A stretch of 64,000 bases of DNA from an uncultured Nitrososphaerota archaeon (GTDB lineage Archaea > Thermoproteota > Nitrososphaeria > Nitrososphaerales > Gagatemarchaeaceae): contig CAVRAG010000007.1 in the NCBI GenBank assembly GCA_963718895.1, forward strand, positions 512,001-576,000, written 5' to 3'. Position 1 is the stretch's first letter; every line of letters starts with the position of its first letter. Positions 8,550 through 18,398 of this stretch are shown here, one piece after another. The position numbers and the translations under genes were made by a program. The notes beneath the pieces were generated by a model. That model did no database searches, had not been told where the DNA came from, and worked only from the letters and a program-made list of their open reading frames with translations.

Positions 8550-9194
8550 TCACTCTGGGGCATCTTTGTGTCTCCGGATGTCCTTCTGAAGGCTCCGGAT
8601 CGAGGAGAGGAGCGCCTCCCTTCTGGTCTCTTCGGCGATGACGCCACGGGTGTCCTCGGTGATCATCCTCGCCACGTCTATCTTCCTCCGGACCCCATTT
8701 ACCACGTTGTCGAAGACGGCGAAAGGCGAGAGGTGGGCGTAGAGCTCCTCGATGGCGGCGAAGTACTCTTTGGTCTTCTTCGTCCTGCCCTCGGTTATCG
8801 TCACGAGCAGGAGCCTTTTCAGTTCCCCGACAGTGTCCAAGAGACCCAGGAGATAGGCCTCGTCGGAGACTCCGAGTGCGTGAGGATCCTTGAATGGCCT
8901 CCCCAGAACTATCGACTCGACGGTCGAGGCCTCCACGAACTCGGTCTCCGGGGAGATCAGGTACCGCGAGAGGTTGCCCAGCCCGTCCTTCCTGAGGCCC
9001 TTGAGCACCTTCTCGGCGTCGGCTATCTCGCCGTGCGCCTCCTTGGTCTTCCCAGAATGAAGGTGGACGATCGCCCTTGAGCAGGAGAGGATCACGTCCC
9101 TGCTCTCCTTGAGGATTCGTTCTCTGCGGTCGAGTGTCAGCTGCAGGTTTCCCTGTATCCTGTCGAGGGAGCCTTCAACGCTCTTGAGGTCCAT
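8550..9194 (-). CDS. Translin/TRAX-like (C3PO) protein
   Basis: RERILKESRD, ETEFVEA, YLLGLLDTVGELKR, RRKIDVAR motifs. Confidence 0.85.
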   Translation of the reverse strand: MDLKSVEGSLDRIQGNLQLTLDRRERILKESRDVILSCSRAIVHLHSGKTKEAHGEIADAEKVLKGLRKDGLGNLSRYLISPETEFVEASTVESIVLGRPFKDPHALGVSDEAYLLGLLDTVGELKRLLLVTITEGRTKKTKEYFAAIEELYAHLSPFAVFDNVVNGVRRKIDVARMITEDTRGVIAEETRREALLSSIRSLQKDIRRHKDAPE

Positions 9195-9403
9195 GGACGT
9201 TCACCCCGGTCCGCAGGTGCCACGACATAAGCTTACTCAGTGGGAAAGAACCTATCTATCAACAGAAAGACCACCGGGCGGGGCAAGCGTGGTAAGCCGC
9301 TATCAACTCGTGAGGACAGCGCACCCTCCTCTCTCCTCTGCCTCGCGGACCATAACGGTGAAGAGGGAAGAGCCGCGTCTCCCACCCGGAAGGCCCGTCA
9401 AGA

Positions 9404-9703
9404 TTGGTTAACCGACTCTACAACAGAGGTCGCGCGAAGGAGTACAGGTGCATGGAGATTCTTAGGGCCGAGGGATGGGTGGTCGGCAGGAGCGCGGCCT
9501 CCCACAGCCCGGTCGACCTTTTCGCCGCGAAGGAGGGCAAGGTGCTGCTCGTCCAGGTCAAGAGCGGGAAGGCCCGCATAAAGAGCGAAGAGCTGAGGGA
9601 ATTAGTTAAATGGGCTGAGGCGTTCGACGCAGACGCTGAAGTTTGGCATTTCAAGGAGAAAGGGAATCTCCAGAAGAGGCGCGTTTCGAGGGCCCGAGGG
9701 TGA
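9404..9703 (+). CDS. hjc: Holliday junction resolvase Hjc-like PD-(D/E)XK nuclease
   Basis: GRAKEY..L..EGW.V.RSAAS..PVDLFA....VLLVQVKS. Confidence 0.75.
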   Translation: MVNRLYNRGRAKEYRCMEILRAEGWVVGRSAASHSPVDLFAAKEGKVLLVQVKSGKARIKSEELRELVKWAEAFDADAEVWHFKEKGNLQKRRVSRARG

Positions 9704-9707
9704 GACT

Positions 9708-9851
9708 TTGGAAGTGAGGTGCTATCTCTGCGACGAAGAACTCGACAAGGACGCCAAACCGTTCAGGGTGGGGATTAAGGAGGAGTTGGTCTGCAACGAG
9801 TGCTACCAGAAGACGATGAACCGGCGAAGAGCTCTCGACAAGTCAAAGTAG
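9708..9851 (+). CDS. Small zinc-finger protein (47 aa)
   Basis: Manual translation MEVRCYLCDEELDKDAKPFRVGIKEELVCNECYQKTMNRRRALDKSK; two CxxC; TTG start 4 nt after the hjc stop. Confidence 0.65.
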   Translation: MEVRCYLCDEELDKDAKPFRVGIKEELVCNECYQKTMNRRRALDKSK

Positions 9852-9888
9852 CCCGGCCCACCTATTGCGGCGACCTCCTAGGAACGGT

Positions 9889-10261
9889 TCAGGAGGCTGC
9901 GTAGCTGTGCTTCAGTTCGTCGATAATCTGGAGGCATTTCAGTATCGATTCTTCGTCCTCTCCCTGCTCGTGACAGGAAAGGGCCTTTTCGTACTGCTCG
10001 AGCGCCATCAGGGCGTTGATCGAGCTCGGATCCCGTCTCGGAGAGGGAAAGAAGCCCGGCCATCTCGTACCACTCTGCCGCCTGCTCGTAGTCGTTCAGG
10101 TTCTCGAAGCAGCTCGCTATCCATTCGCAGAGCTGGACCTTGTGTTCGGACGACTGCAGCCTCTGGAACTCCTGCTTCAGAACGGAGACAGCGGTGGCGC
10201 GTTCGCCGCTCCTCGCCAGGTCGAAGACCTCGGATACGCTCACCATCGCTCCATCAACCAT
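9889..10261 (-). CDS. TPR-like helical protein; frameshift near 10022
   Basis: CFENLNDYEQAAEWYEMAG; the shifted frame continues INALMALEQYEKALSC...HSYAAS to TGA at 9889. Confidence 0.55.
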
Positions 10262-10306
10262 CCCCCCGGTTAATAGAGGAATGCTCTACATTTGTTGAGC
10301 CGATAA

Positions 10307-10807
10307 TCAAACTCCCAATCTCCGAATCTCGGCCCTTTCAACCTCTCTCAGCTTCCGACGGGTCTCCGCCTCTCGGTACCGTCTCTTCTCGTCGGCGGTC
10401 ACGGGCACCACTGGTTCCACGGGCGTCGGCTTCCCGTGGTCATCGATGGCCACATAGGTCAGGAAGCATGACCCCACGTGTGTGGACTTTCCCGACAGCA
10501 GATTCTCCGCCTCCATCCTGACCCCGACCTCCATCGACGTCCTCCCGACGTAGTTTATCGAGGCCTTCATCACGAGAAGGTCGCCGAGGTAGACGGGCGC
10601 GATGAAGTTCATGCGGTCTATCGAGGCCGTGACTACCGGCTTCTTGGCGTGTCGGAACGCGGTCACGGCTGCGATCTCGTCCATGTACTTCATAATGGCG
10701 CCGCCGAAGACGTTCCCCCGGATGTTCGCGTCGGCGGGCATCATTATCCGGACCGAGGTCGTGGTGGACTCGGAGACGGGTCTACCCGCCTGCTTGCTCT
10801 CTGGCAT
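10307..10807 (-). CDS. Acyl-CoA thioesterase (hotdog fold)
   Basis: PADANIRGNVFGGAIMKYMDE, VVTASID, GRTSMEVGV. Confidence 0.92.
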   Translation of the reverse strand: MPESKQAGRPVSESTTTSVRIMMPADANIRGNVFGGAIMKYMDEIAAVTAFRHAKKPVVTASIDRMNFIAPVYLGDLLVMKASINYVGRTSMEVGVRMEAENLLSGKSTHVGSCFLTYVAIDDHGKPTPVEPVVPVTADEKRRYREAETRRKLREVERAEIRRLGV

Positions 10808-10865
10808 AGTTCGTCTGAAGCGACACGGAGAGATTGATAAAGGTAGTTTCCTCGGATTACCTCGG

Positions 10866-11507
10866 TTGGACTACGTCACGCCAGAGGAGATGCGGGAGGC
10901 GGAGGGGAGGGCTGCCTCCTACGGTCTCGATGCTGCGGCGCTGATGGAGAACGCAGGCGCGGCCGTCGTCAGGGTCGTCGAGGAGAGATTCGCCCAGCTC
11001 AAGGGAGGGAGGATCCTCGTTGTCTGCGGGCTCGGCAACAACGGGGGTGACGGCTTTGTCGCAGCGAGGCTCTTTAGCAGAGCTTGGAAAGTGCGCGTCC
11101 TGCTCCTGGGACCGGCGAGCGAGATAAAGACGGACGAGGCGGCGAAGAACTGGAGAAGACTCGGAGCCCACATCGAGAAGGCGGAGGCGCGAGACGAGGC
11201 CTCGGTCATCGGCCACCACGAGTGGTTCGAGCGCGCTGGGATAGTGCTCGACGCCGTTCTGGGGACCGGGGTGAAGGGTGATGTGAGGCAGCCCATGGCC
11301 GCCGCGATTCATATGATCAACAGCTCGCGTGCGGTCAAGGTTGCCGTCGACATACCCTCAGGCCTCGACCCCCTGAGCGGAGAGGCAGGTCCCGCCACCG
11401 TACGGGCCGACCTAACCGTCACGCTTCACAGGGCGAAGACGGGGCTCCGTGGCAAAGATGAATATACCGGGGAGGTCCTCGCCGTCCCGATAGGGATCAG
11501 AGAGTAG
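10866..11507 (+). CDS. nnrE: NAD(P)H-hydrate epimerase (YjeF N-terminal domain)
   Basis: LMENAG, CGLGNNGGDG, DAVLGTG, AVDIPSG; TTG start inferred. Confidence 0.9.
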   Translation: MDYVTPEEMREAEGRAASYGLDAAALMENAGAAVVRVVEERFAQLKGGRILVVCGLGNNGGDGFVAARLFSRAWKVRVLLLGPASEIKTDEAAKNWRRLGAHIEKAEARDEASVIGHHEWFERAGIVLDAVLGTGVKGDVRQPMAAAIHMINSSRAVKVAVDIPSGLDPLSGEAGPATVRADLTVTLHRAKTGLRGKDEYTGEVLAVPIGIRE

Positions 11508-11508
11508 G

Positions 11509-12114
11509 ATGAACGTCAGACAGATTCCAGTCGGACCGATGAAGAACTTCGACTACCTGCTGATGGACGAGGCCTCAGGGGAGGCAATCGCCATCGACTC
11601 GGGGTGGGAGACCGCCCCCGTCATCACGGCTGCCCGAGAAGGCGGCATGAAGGTCAGGTACGTCGTTGCCACGCACGGGCACTTCGACCACGTCGAAACC
11701 ATGGCCGAGCTCGCCAAGAAGCTCGGCGCACAGACCGTCTCACACGAGGCCTCGGAGTTGAAGACCGATCTTCGGGTCAGAGACGGCGACACGCTCAGCC
11801 TAGGGCGGGAGAGCGTGAGGGTTATCCACACCCCCGGACACACCCCCGACAGCATATGCCTCTTTGACGGGAAGAACGTCTTCACGGGCGACACGCTCTT
11901 CATAGGCAACTGCGGGCGGACCGACCTGCCCGGAGGGTCGACCAGCGAGCTCTTCCACAGCCTTCATGCCGTGCTCCTGGCTTTGCCTGGTGAGACCATT
12001 ATCTACCCGGGGCACGACTACGGCGAGGTCCGGAGCAGGAGACTGGCCGAGGAGGCGAGACTCAACCCCACCCTCCTCGCGAGGAACCTCGTGGAGTTCG
12101 GCGGGATAAAGTAG
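11509..12114 (+). CDS. MBL-fold hydrolase (glyoxalase II-like)
   Basis: THGHFDHV, HTPGHT, FTGDTLF, YPGHDY. Confidence 0.9.
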   Translation: MNVRQIPVGPMKNFDYLLMDEASGEAIAIDSGWETAPVITAAREGGMKVRYVVATHGHFDHVETMAELAKKLGAQTVSHEASELKTDLRVRDGDTLSLGRESVRVIHTPGHTPDSICLFDGKNVFTGDTLFIGNCGRTDLPGGSTSELFHSLHAVLLALPGETIIYPGHDYGEVRSRRLAEEARLNPTLLARNLVEFGGIK

Positions 12115-12118
12115 GGGA

Positions 12119-13144
12119 CTAGCCGAACCACTTCTCGAGGGACTCGTTCCGCGTGCTCTCCAGGCCGGCCAGGCGCTTGGCAGCGGCGTCGACCCTCTCC
12201 GGCGAGAAGGAGTGCTCGTCGACCAGGAAGGCCCTCACGGCGTCAGGCTTGAACTCCTTCCAGACGGGTTTGACGCCGCGGTCGGCCGGAGGAGAAAGGA
12301 ACAGCTTCCTGATTTCAGGATAATTGACCTTGGCCAGCTCGTCCTTTATCGGCTCGATCTTCTCAAGCGACCCGTAGGTCCTGAGGAACTTAAGTGCGCG
12401 CGCGGGGCCGATGCCCTTGAAGCCGTCCGGATTGAAGTCAGTGCCGACGAGGATGCCGAGATCGATGAGCTGCTCGCGGGTGAGCTGGAGCTCGCGGAGC
12501 GTCTCGGTCTCGCTGATGGTCTCGGGTTCGACGTCGATGAAGATGTTCTTGCTTGGGAGGCGCCTCCTTCCCGATATCGTGACGTTCCTTACAAGGAGAG
12601 GGGCGCCGAAGAGCAGCGAATCGTGGTCCTGGGACGCGACCCCGTCGACAGTTCCTTCGGCCGCCATTACCGAGGCCTGCGCCTCGCCCTCGGAGGGCGC
12701 GTCCATCCACGGTATGCCCATGGCGTCGAGGAGCCGCTTCGAGTCGGAGACCATGTCGTACCTCAGGGAGGTCGATGCCTCGGCGTACTTCCTGGCGTTC
12801 GCCATGTCCCCCGCCGCCACCGCTTCGACGTAGTGTCTTCCTGCCTCCTCGCGGACCTTGCGCCTGCGCTGGATCTCCTCCGTCTTAAGCTCCGGAGGGG
12901 CGCCGTCGAAGACGTAGACCAACTTGATGTTGAGCTCCATCAGGTTGATGTTCCTGTAGAAGAGCCCACTAAGATGGCTCGTGACCCGTCCGCTGGAATC
13001 CTTGAGGTGCTCCCCTCCGACGCCCCTGATTATCGCGAGGAACTGGTACAGCGTGTTGTAGGCGTCGACGGCGAGCTTCTTGTTCGAGAGGCTGGCCAGC
13101 TCGACTCTGCGTCGAGGGATGATATCTCCGAAATCTACGCCCAT
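12119..13144 (-). CDS. fen: Flap endonuclease 1
   Basis: MGVD, DAYNTLYQFL, VFDG, SEGEAQA, GTDFN, C-terminal PIP-like ESLEKWF. Confidence 0.97.
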   Translation of the reverse strand: MGVDFGDIIPRRRVELASLSNKKLAVDAYNTLYQFLAIIRGVGGEHLKDSSGRVTSHLSGLFYRNINLMELNIKLVYVFDGAPPELKTEEIQRRRKVREEAGRHYVEAVAAGDMANARKYAEASTSLRYDMVSDSKRLLDAMGIPWMDAPSEGEAQASVMAAEGTVDGVASQDHDSLLFGAPLLVRNVTISGRRRLPSKNIFIDVEPETISETETLRELQLTREQLIDLGILVGTDFNPDGFKGIGPARALKFLRTYGSLEKIEPIKDELAKVNYPEIRKLFLSPPADRGVKPVWKEFKPDAVRAFLVDEHSFSPERVDAAAKRLAGLESTRNESLEKWFG

Positions 13145-13175
13145 GTAACGACAGCCGTCCCTGCGCTGAGAATGA

Positions 13176-13415
13176 CTAACCCTCGCCGTATCGGGTTGTC
13201 TCTAGCGGCGTCTCGACGAACTCGACCCTCCGCTTCTCCTTCGCCACCCACCTGATGCTGACCGCGCCGAGGATCTCGAGATCCATGAGGCACTTGTTGA
13301 GGTCGTGGATCGAGTAGGTATCCGACTTTTTCAGGAAGTCCATTATCTCGTCGTCCGTCACGGCCTTCTTCTCCTTGACGAACTCGAACACCTGATACTT
13401 GAGAGGAGGTTTCAT
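13176..13415 (-). CDS. Small winged-helix hypothetical protein
   Basis: DLNKCLMDLEILGAVSIRW; co-oriented between ef1b and fen. Confidence 0.7.
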   Translation of the reverse strand: MKPPLKYQVFEFVKEKKAVTDDEIMDFLKKSDTYSIHDLNKCLMDLEILGAVSIRWVAKEKRRVEFVETPLETTRYGEG

Positions 13416-13474
13416 TAGTCATTCAGTCCCGAGGAGATGGCCAACGGCACGGGCAGCTCGTATTAAGTCTTCGG

Positions 13475-13762
13475 CTACACGTTCTTCAGCTGACTGGAGA
13501 GCCTGCTCGCGCCCACGAGCTCGGATTGGGCCGCAAGAGGCGCGCTGGCCACGGCGGCCTCGACCTTGTCGATCATGCCCTCCTCCTCGGGGACGACTAT
13601 GTCGATCGTCAGCGAGTAGAGTCCGAATGCAATAGGCTCCTCTCTGCTGTTCTTGAAGACCATCTCATCCCCAAGACGGCTCTTCACGGAGTCGAGGAGC
13701 TGCTGCGAGGGCACCTCGGGGCCCGTCGGGAGCACCTTAAGCCGCACTAGATAGGAACCCAT
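13475..13762 (-). CDS. ef1b: Elongation factor 1-beta
   Basis: LKVLP...EEPIAFGL. Confidence 0.92.
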   Translation of the reverse strand: MGSYLVRLKVLPTGPEVPSQQLLDSVKSRLGDEMVFKNSREEPIAFGLYSLTIDIVVPEEEGMIDKVEAAVASAPLAAQSELVGASRLSSQLKNV

Positions 13763-13774
13763 CTCGCGGACTCA

Positions 13775-13957
13775 CTAGGGCCCTTCAAACCCGCAACTAA
13801 TGCACTTGTACCTTCTGGAGAACTTCCTGCACCTCTCGCAGCGCCAGATGAAGACTTGGTGGCAGTTTGGGCAGTAGAATCTGGACGCCTTCTCGCGAGG
13901 CATTATCGGCCTGTTGCATGAAGTACAGGTCGGGAGGGTGATGCTCTTCTGCGACAA
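13775..13957 (-). CDS. Zinc-finger protein (DUF1610/HVO_2753 family)
   Basis: CTSC..CPNC..RCERCR..YKCISCGFEGP, in its usual position upstream of ef1b. Confidence 0.9.
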   Translation of the reverse strand: MSQKSITLPTCTSCNRPIMPREKASRFYCPNCHQVFIWRCERCRKFSRRYKCISCGFEGP

Positions 13958-14019
13958 ACTGCCGAGGCCTCTCCGGCACTACCACATATACCTTGCTGAG
14001 AACGAGGCGAACCAGAGGC

Positions 14020-15186
14020 CTAGGCCAGGGACGAGAGGACCTGCCGGGCCTCTGCCGAGAGCAGGATGCTGGCCAGCTGGAGGGTCCCTTTGGCGCCCAA
14101 CGCCGAGAGAAACGCCGTGGCGTGGAAGTCGAAGTCTGCGGTGGCGAGCCTCTCGGCGACCCTCTTCGACCCGAGGGCCGCGACCATCTTGTCGACGTCG
14201 CCGTTGGAGAGACCCTCGTAGAGGTGTCTGAGCCGTCTCATCACTTTGAACTCGTTCCCGAACTCCTCCGACCACTCCCTCTGGTAGTTCTGGAGGAGCG
14301 AGGCATCGCCGATATCCATGGACTCGGCGACCCATCTGGCGGCAATCGATCCCCCGGCCACTGAGCTGAGTATCCCGCCGGCGGTCGTCGGCTTGACCTG
14401 GCCCGCAGATTCGCCGACCAGTATGGTCCGACCTGCAACGAACTCATCCACCGGTCCTCCTAGGTAGATCGGCGCGGCCACCTTCGTGAGGGTCCTGAAG
14501 GTCCGGCCCTCCAGGAAGGAGTCCAGCGTCTTGAAACTGTTTATCCCGAAACCGGCGGCCCCCACCTTCGCCATCCCGTTCCCCCGCGGTATCACCCAGG
14601 CGAAGAACCCGGGATACTTCTTCTGGTCGATGAAGACCTGTACCTCACCGTCCTCGAACCAGTCCCCCTGGATCTCGTACTTGGCGGCAGGCACGAGCCT
14701 AAGCCTGTTGCGCCTCAGAATACCCGCAGGCCCGGTCGCATCCACGTAGTAGGAGCAGGTATAGGTCGAACCGGCTCTGACCTTCATGACGCCACCGTCC
14801 TCCACTGTCGCCTCCACTCTCTCTCCCGTCCTGATGCTGGCCCCGGCCGAGACGGCCATCGACGCCAGCTGCTTCTCATAGGCGCTCCTGTCGAGGACCA
14901 CGACCTCGAACCTTGAAGCGTCGAGTGAGGCCACCAGCCCCGAGGGTGAGTGGACAACGCCGGAGGTCACCCGACTCTGTATGCAGCCCTCCTCGGGCGG
15001 TAGGTAGCGCCTCATCGCCCTCAGCGAGACCAGCCCGTCGCACTTCTCGGGCTCTCCTACCTCTCCGTCCTCCTCGAGGATGAGGACCCTGAGGCCCTTC
15101 GAGGCAGCGCCGATGGCGAAGCTCAGTCCGCCGACGCTCCCGCCCCCCACAACGATATCGTAGTCGGAGGTCAACCTTGGAGCCAA
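14020..15186 (-). CDS. Geranylgeranyl reductase-family flavoprotein
   Basis: YDIVVGGGSVGG, KCDGLVS, PGFFAWVIP, VGESAGQVKPTTAGGI. Confidence 0.85.
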   Translation of the reverse strand: MAPRLTSDYDIVVGGGSVGGLSFAIGAASKGLRVLILEEDGEVGEPEKCDGLVSLRAMRRYLPPEEGCIQSRVTSGVVHSPSGLVASLDASRFEVVVLDRSAYEKQLASMAVSAGASIRTGERVEATVEDGGVMKVRAGSTYTCSYYVDATGPAGILRRNRLRLVPAAKYEIQGDWFEDGEVQVFIDQKKYPGFFAWVIPRGNGMAKVGAAGFGINSFKTLDSFLEGRTFRTLTKVAAPIYLGGPVDEFVAGRTILVGESAGQVKPTTAGGILSSVAGGSIAARWVAESMDIGDASLLQNYQREWSEEFGNEFKVMRRLRHLYEGLSNGDVDKMVAALGSKRVAERLATADFDFHATAFLSALGAKGTLQLASILLSAEARQVLSSLA

Positions 15187-15212
15187 ACCCTTAACCGGTT
15201 CCGCTATAACCC

Positions 15213-15593
15213 TTGCACCGAACCGAGAAGAAGAAAGTGGTCGAGATCAAGCAGGTGATCGTTGTAAGGACGGACCTGAAGATGGGCAAGGGCAAGCTGG
15301 CGGCCCAGGTCGCCCACGCGGCACTTGCCTCGGCGGAGGAAGGCATGGAGAGGCACGCTTCGTGGTACCGGGAGTGGAAGGTCCAGGGCCAGGCGAAGGT
15401 GGTGGTGAAGGGGGCTGACGAATCTGTACTGCAGGAGCTCTTCAAGAAGGCGAAGTCTATCGGACTGCCGTCCTCGCTCATACAGGACGCGGGGCGGACA
15501 CAGCTCGAACCAGGGACGGTCACCTGCCTGGGGGTCGGGCCCGCGCCCGCCGAACTAATCGACAGGGTGACGGGGCAGCTTAAGCTACTATGA
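15213..15593 (+). CDS. pth2: Peptidyl-tRNA hydrolase 2
   Basis: KQVIVVRTDLKMGKGKLAAQVAHA, IQDAGRTQ, GVGP. Confidence 0.97.
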   Translation: MHRTEKKKVVEIKQVIVVRTDLKMGKGKLAAQVAHAALASAEEGMERHASWYREWKVQGQAKVVVKGADESVLQELFKKAKSIGLPSSLIQDAGRTQLEPGTVTCLGVGPAPAELIDRVTGQLKLL

Positions 15594-16855
15594 CGGTTGC
15601 GCCGCCATCCTTGGACGTCGCGTCCGGGATGACCGTATACGCGACGACCGCCGCGGGGAGCTCGGGCGTTCTGAGGTCAAGCAGAGAGGACTTCCAGGTC
15701 AACGAGATTCTCGATCTTGGAGTGGTTGAGCAGGAGCGGAAGGCCGGTTACGTCCCCGTGTACAGCGTCAGGAAGCACGGGGTCGACACACCGCACGCGG
15801 CGGACGAGCTGGCGGAGAGCCTCAAGAGCAAGGTGAACTTCGCGGGTCTCAAGGACAGCAACGCGGTCACTGTGCAGTACGCGAGCGCACGCAGCAGCCG
15901 GGCCCACGACCCGCAGGTCGTCCATGGGAAGATGTTCGAGGCCGAGAGGGTCGGCTACCTCCCTCGCCCCATAAGCAGGGGCATGATGACGGGGAACCGT
16001 TTCCGGATAGTCATACGGACCGAGGAGGACATCACCCCTTCGGTCGATGCAACCTACGCTGCCTGCGCCGGGGGTAGGATTCCCAATTTCTTCGGGTACC
16101 AACGGTTCGGGCTTCGGGGGATGGTCAACCACAGGGTGGGCCGGGCGCTACTGGGTCGGGACTTTCGGGCCGCAGTCCGGATCTTCCTGGGTGAGCCTAG
16201 GGAAGGCGAGGGCCCACAGGCGGGCGAAGCCCGGAGGCTCGCCGGCGAAGAGCGGTACCGAGAGGCCCTGGCGCTGATGTCCCCGAGACAGGACATCGAG
16301 AGGAAGGTCGCGGCGCGCCTTGCGGAGAAGCCCGGCGATTACCTGGGCGCGATTAGGAGAATCCCGATAGTCCCCAGGAGGCTCTTCGTCCAGGCGTACC
16401 AGGCGTACATCTTCAACCGCACTGCCAGCGACGCCGTCGCGTCGGGGCTCGACCTCTCCAGCGCTGAACGCGGCGATAACTGGGCGACGCTAGCCCCCGA
16501 TCGGCTCCGACCGACCAGGACCCACGGCGTCAGAGAACCGATAGTCGGTGAGACGGTCCCTCTCATCCAGATAGTGGGGTACGGTTTCAGGGATTACGGG
16601 TCGCGGTTCGACACGCTCATGATGTCTGTGCTCAAGGAGGAGTCGGCTGAGCCCAGGAGGTTCTACATCAAAGAGGCAGAGGAGCTGAGCAACGAGGGTG
16701 GGTTCAGGCACGCCCCCCTCCTCGCCAAGGACATGGCCCGGGAGTCGAGTCCCGGGAGCACCACGCTCTCGTTCAGCCTCGGGAAGGGGGAGTACGCGAC
16801 GACGCTTCTCAGGGAGGTGCTGAAGCCCGAGGATCCCCTCCGCGCGGGATTCTGA
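15590..16855 (+). CDS. truD: tRNA pseudouridine(13) synthase
   Basis: EDFQVNE, AGLKD (catalytic Asp), GNRF, PNFFGYQRFG, YATTLLRE. Confidence 0.93.
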   Translation: MTVAPPSLDVASGMTVYATTAAGSSGVLRSSREDFQVNEILDLGVVEQERKAGYVPVYSVRKHGVDTPHAADELAESLKSKVNFAGLKDSNAVTVQYASARSSRAHDPQVVHGKMFEAERVGYLPRPISRGMMTGNRFRIVIRTEEDITPSVDATYAACAGGRIPNFFGYQRFGLRGMVNHRVGRALLGRDFRAAVRIFLGEPREGEGPQAGEARRLAGEERYREALALMSPRQDIERKVAARLAEKPGDYLGAIRRIPIVPRRLFVQAYQAYIFNRTASDAVASGLDLSSAERGDNWATLAPDRLRPTRTHGVREPIVGETVPLIQIVGYGFRDYGSRFDTLMMSVLKEESAEPRRFYIKEAEELSNEGGFRHAPLLAKDMARESSPGSTTLSFSLGKGEYATTLLREVLKPEDPLRAGF

Positions 16856-16905
16856 AAAACCCAATCCGTTTATATCGCATCGAAAGAGGCCTGAATTAGA
16901 GGACG

Positions 16906-17907
16906 ATGTCCGAGAGGGACGTTTACGACATCACTATCGTCGGCGGCGGTCCAACGGGCCTCTTCGCCTCCTTCTACGCCGGCCTCCGACAAATGCGGAC
17001 CAAGCTCGTGGACGCTCTCGAGGAACTCGGGGGGCAGGTCGAGGTGCTCTATCCCGAGAAGTACATCTACGACGTTGGGGGATTCGCCAAGGTGACAGGG
17101 AAGGAGTTGGTCAAGGGGATGATCGAGCAGGCTCTGAAGTTCAATCCGACCGTCATCCTAGGAGAGAGAATTGTCTCCATCAAGCCAATCGACGGGGGGC
17201 TCATTCAGCTCGAGTCAGCCAACGGACGCCAGCACTTCTCAAGGACGGTGCTCGTGGCAGCGGGTGTCGGGGCCTTCTCGCCCAACCGGACGGAGGCCTT
17301 GGGCGCCATCGAGTACGAGGGTCGCGGGGTCTACTACTTCCTCAAGGATAAGAACATCATGAAGAGCAGGCGAGTCCTCATAGTCGGCGGAGGGGATTCG
17401 GCCGTCGACTGGGCGCTGAACCTGAACCAATGGTCGGAGAAGATCACCCTTGTCCACAGGCGCGACGTCTTCAGGGCCCACGAGGAGAGCGTCGCAGAGC
17501 TCATGAGGTGCGGAGTTGAGGTGAAGCTCTTCTACGAACTCAAGGAGGTTATCAGTGACGGAAAGAAGGTCACCGGGGCGATCCTCTATGACAGCAGGAA
17601 CAAGACCCAGAGCAGGATAGAGGTGGACGCCATCCTGGTGAACATCGGCTTCAGGGCCGACCTAGGGCCAATCAAGGACTGGGGGCTCCGGATCGAGGGG
17701 CGGGAGATAGGCGCCACCGGGAGGATGGAGACGAACATCCCCGGCGTCTTCGTGGCCGGCGACATCGCGGCACCTCAGGGGACCGTCAAGCTCAACCTGA
17801 TTGCGGTGGGCTACGCCCAGGCCGCTGTAGCGGTGAACGTGGCGAAGAACTACATCGACCCCAAGGCGAGAATCTTCCCGGGGCACAGCAGCGAGATGAA
17901 GGTCTAG
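16906..17907 (+). CDS. Thioredoxin-reductase-type ferredoxin-NADP+ reductase
   Basis: GGGPTG, LYPEKYIYDV, GGGDSAVDWA, HRR, C-terminal PGHSS; no CxxC. Confidence 0.85.
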   Translation: MSERDVYDITIVGGGPTGLFASFYAGLRQMRTKLVDALEELGGQVEVLYPEKYIYDVGGFAKVTGKELVKGMIEQALKFNPTVILGERIVSIKPIDGGLIQLESANGRQHFSRTVLVAAGVGAFSPNRTEALGAIEYEGRGVYYFLKDKNIMKSRRVLIVGGGDSAVDWALNLNQWSEKITLVHRRDVFRAHEESVAELMRCGVEVKLFYELKEVISDGKKVTGAILYDSRNKTQSRIEVDAILVNIGFRADLGPIKDWGLRIEGREIGATGRMETNIPGVFVAGDIAAPQGTVKLNLIAVGYAQAAVAVNVAKNYIDPKARIFPGHSSEMKV

Positions 17908-18356
17908 TTCAGACCGAGGACTCGCCTGTAGTTATAGTCGCTCGAGATCGAAGGGTTGAGCGGGTCTATCAGGATGCACTCGAACCACTTGTGCTTTCCG
18001 TCCTTGTAGTAGATATATGAGCCGAGGAGCTTCAGGTTGGGAAACTTCTCTCGGACGCGCCTCTCCGCGACGCCCTGGACCGGTTCGTCGGACCTCATCT
18101 TCAGGACACCGAGGTGCTTCGGCCGACGGCCCGAGGTCGGCCTCTTCCTCCTCATCCCTCCGCTGGAGACCTTGATCCTGACTACCACTACGCCCTCTTT
18201 GGCCTTGTACCCGAGCATTCTTGCGCGGTCAAGCCTCGACGGCCTCTCCAGTCTCTCGATCGTGGGGCCCTTGCGGAGCAGCACCGCCCGGGCGGAGATG
18301 TCCCCCGCCTTCTCGTGGAAGACCTTATGCCAGGACTTCCCAATCTCGACGTACAA
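17904..18356 (-). CDS. rpl15e: 50S ribosomal protein L15e
   Basis: ERPSRLDRARMLGYKAKEG, AERRV..KFPNL..LGSY, WFECILIDP. Confidence 0.95.
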   Translation of the reverse strand: MYVEIGKSWHKVFHEKAGDISARAVLLRKGPTIERLERPSRLDRARMLGYKAKEGVVVVRIKVSSGGMRRKRPTSGRRPKHLGVLKMRSDEPVQGVAERRVREKFPNLKLLGSYIYYKDGKHKWFECILIDPLNPSISSDYNYRRVLGLN

Positions 18357-18398
18357 GATAAACGGAGGCCCGTTTCGGCAGGAGCAGATAAATCTTCT

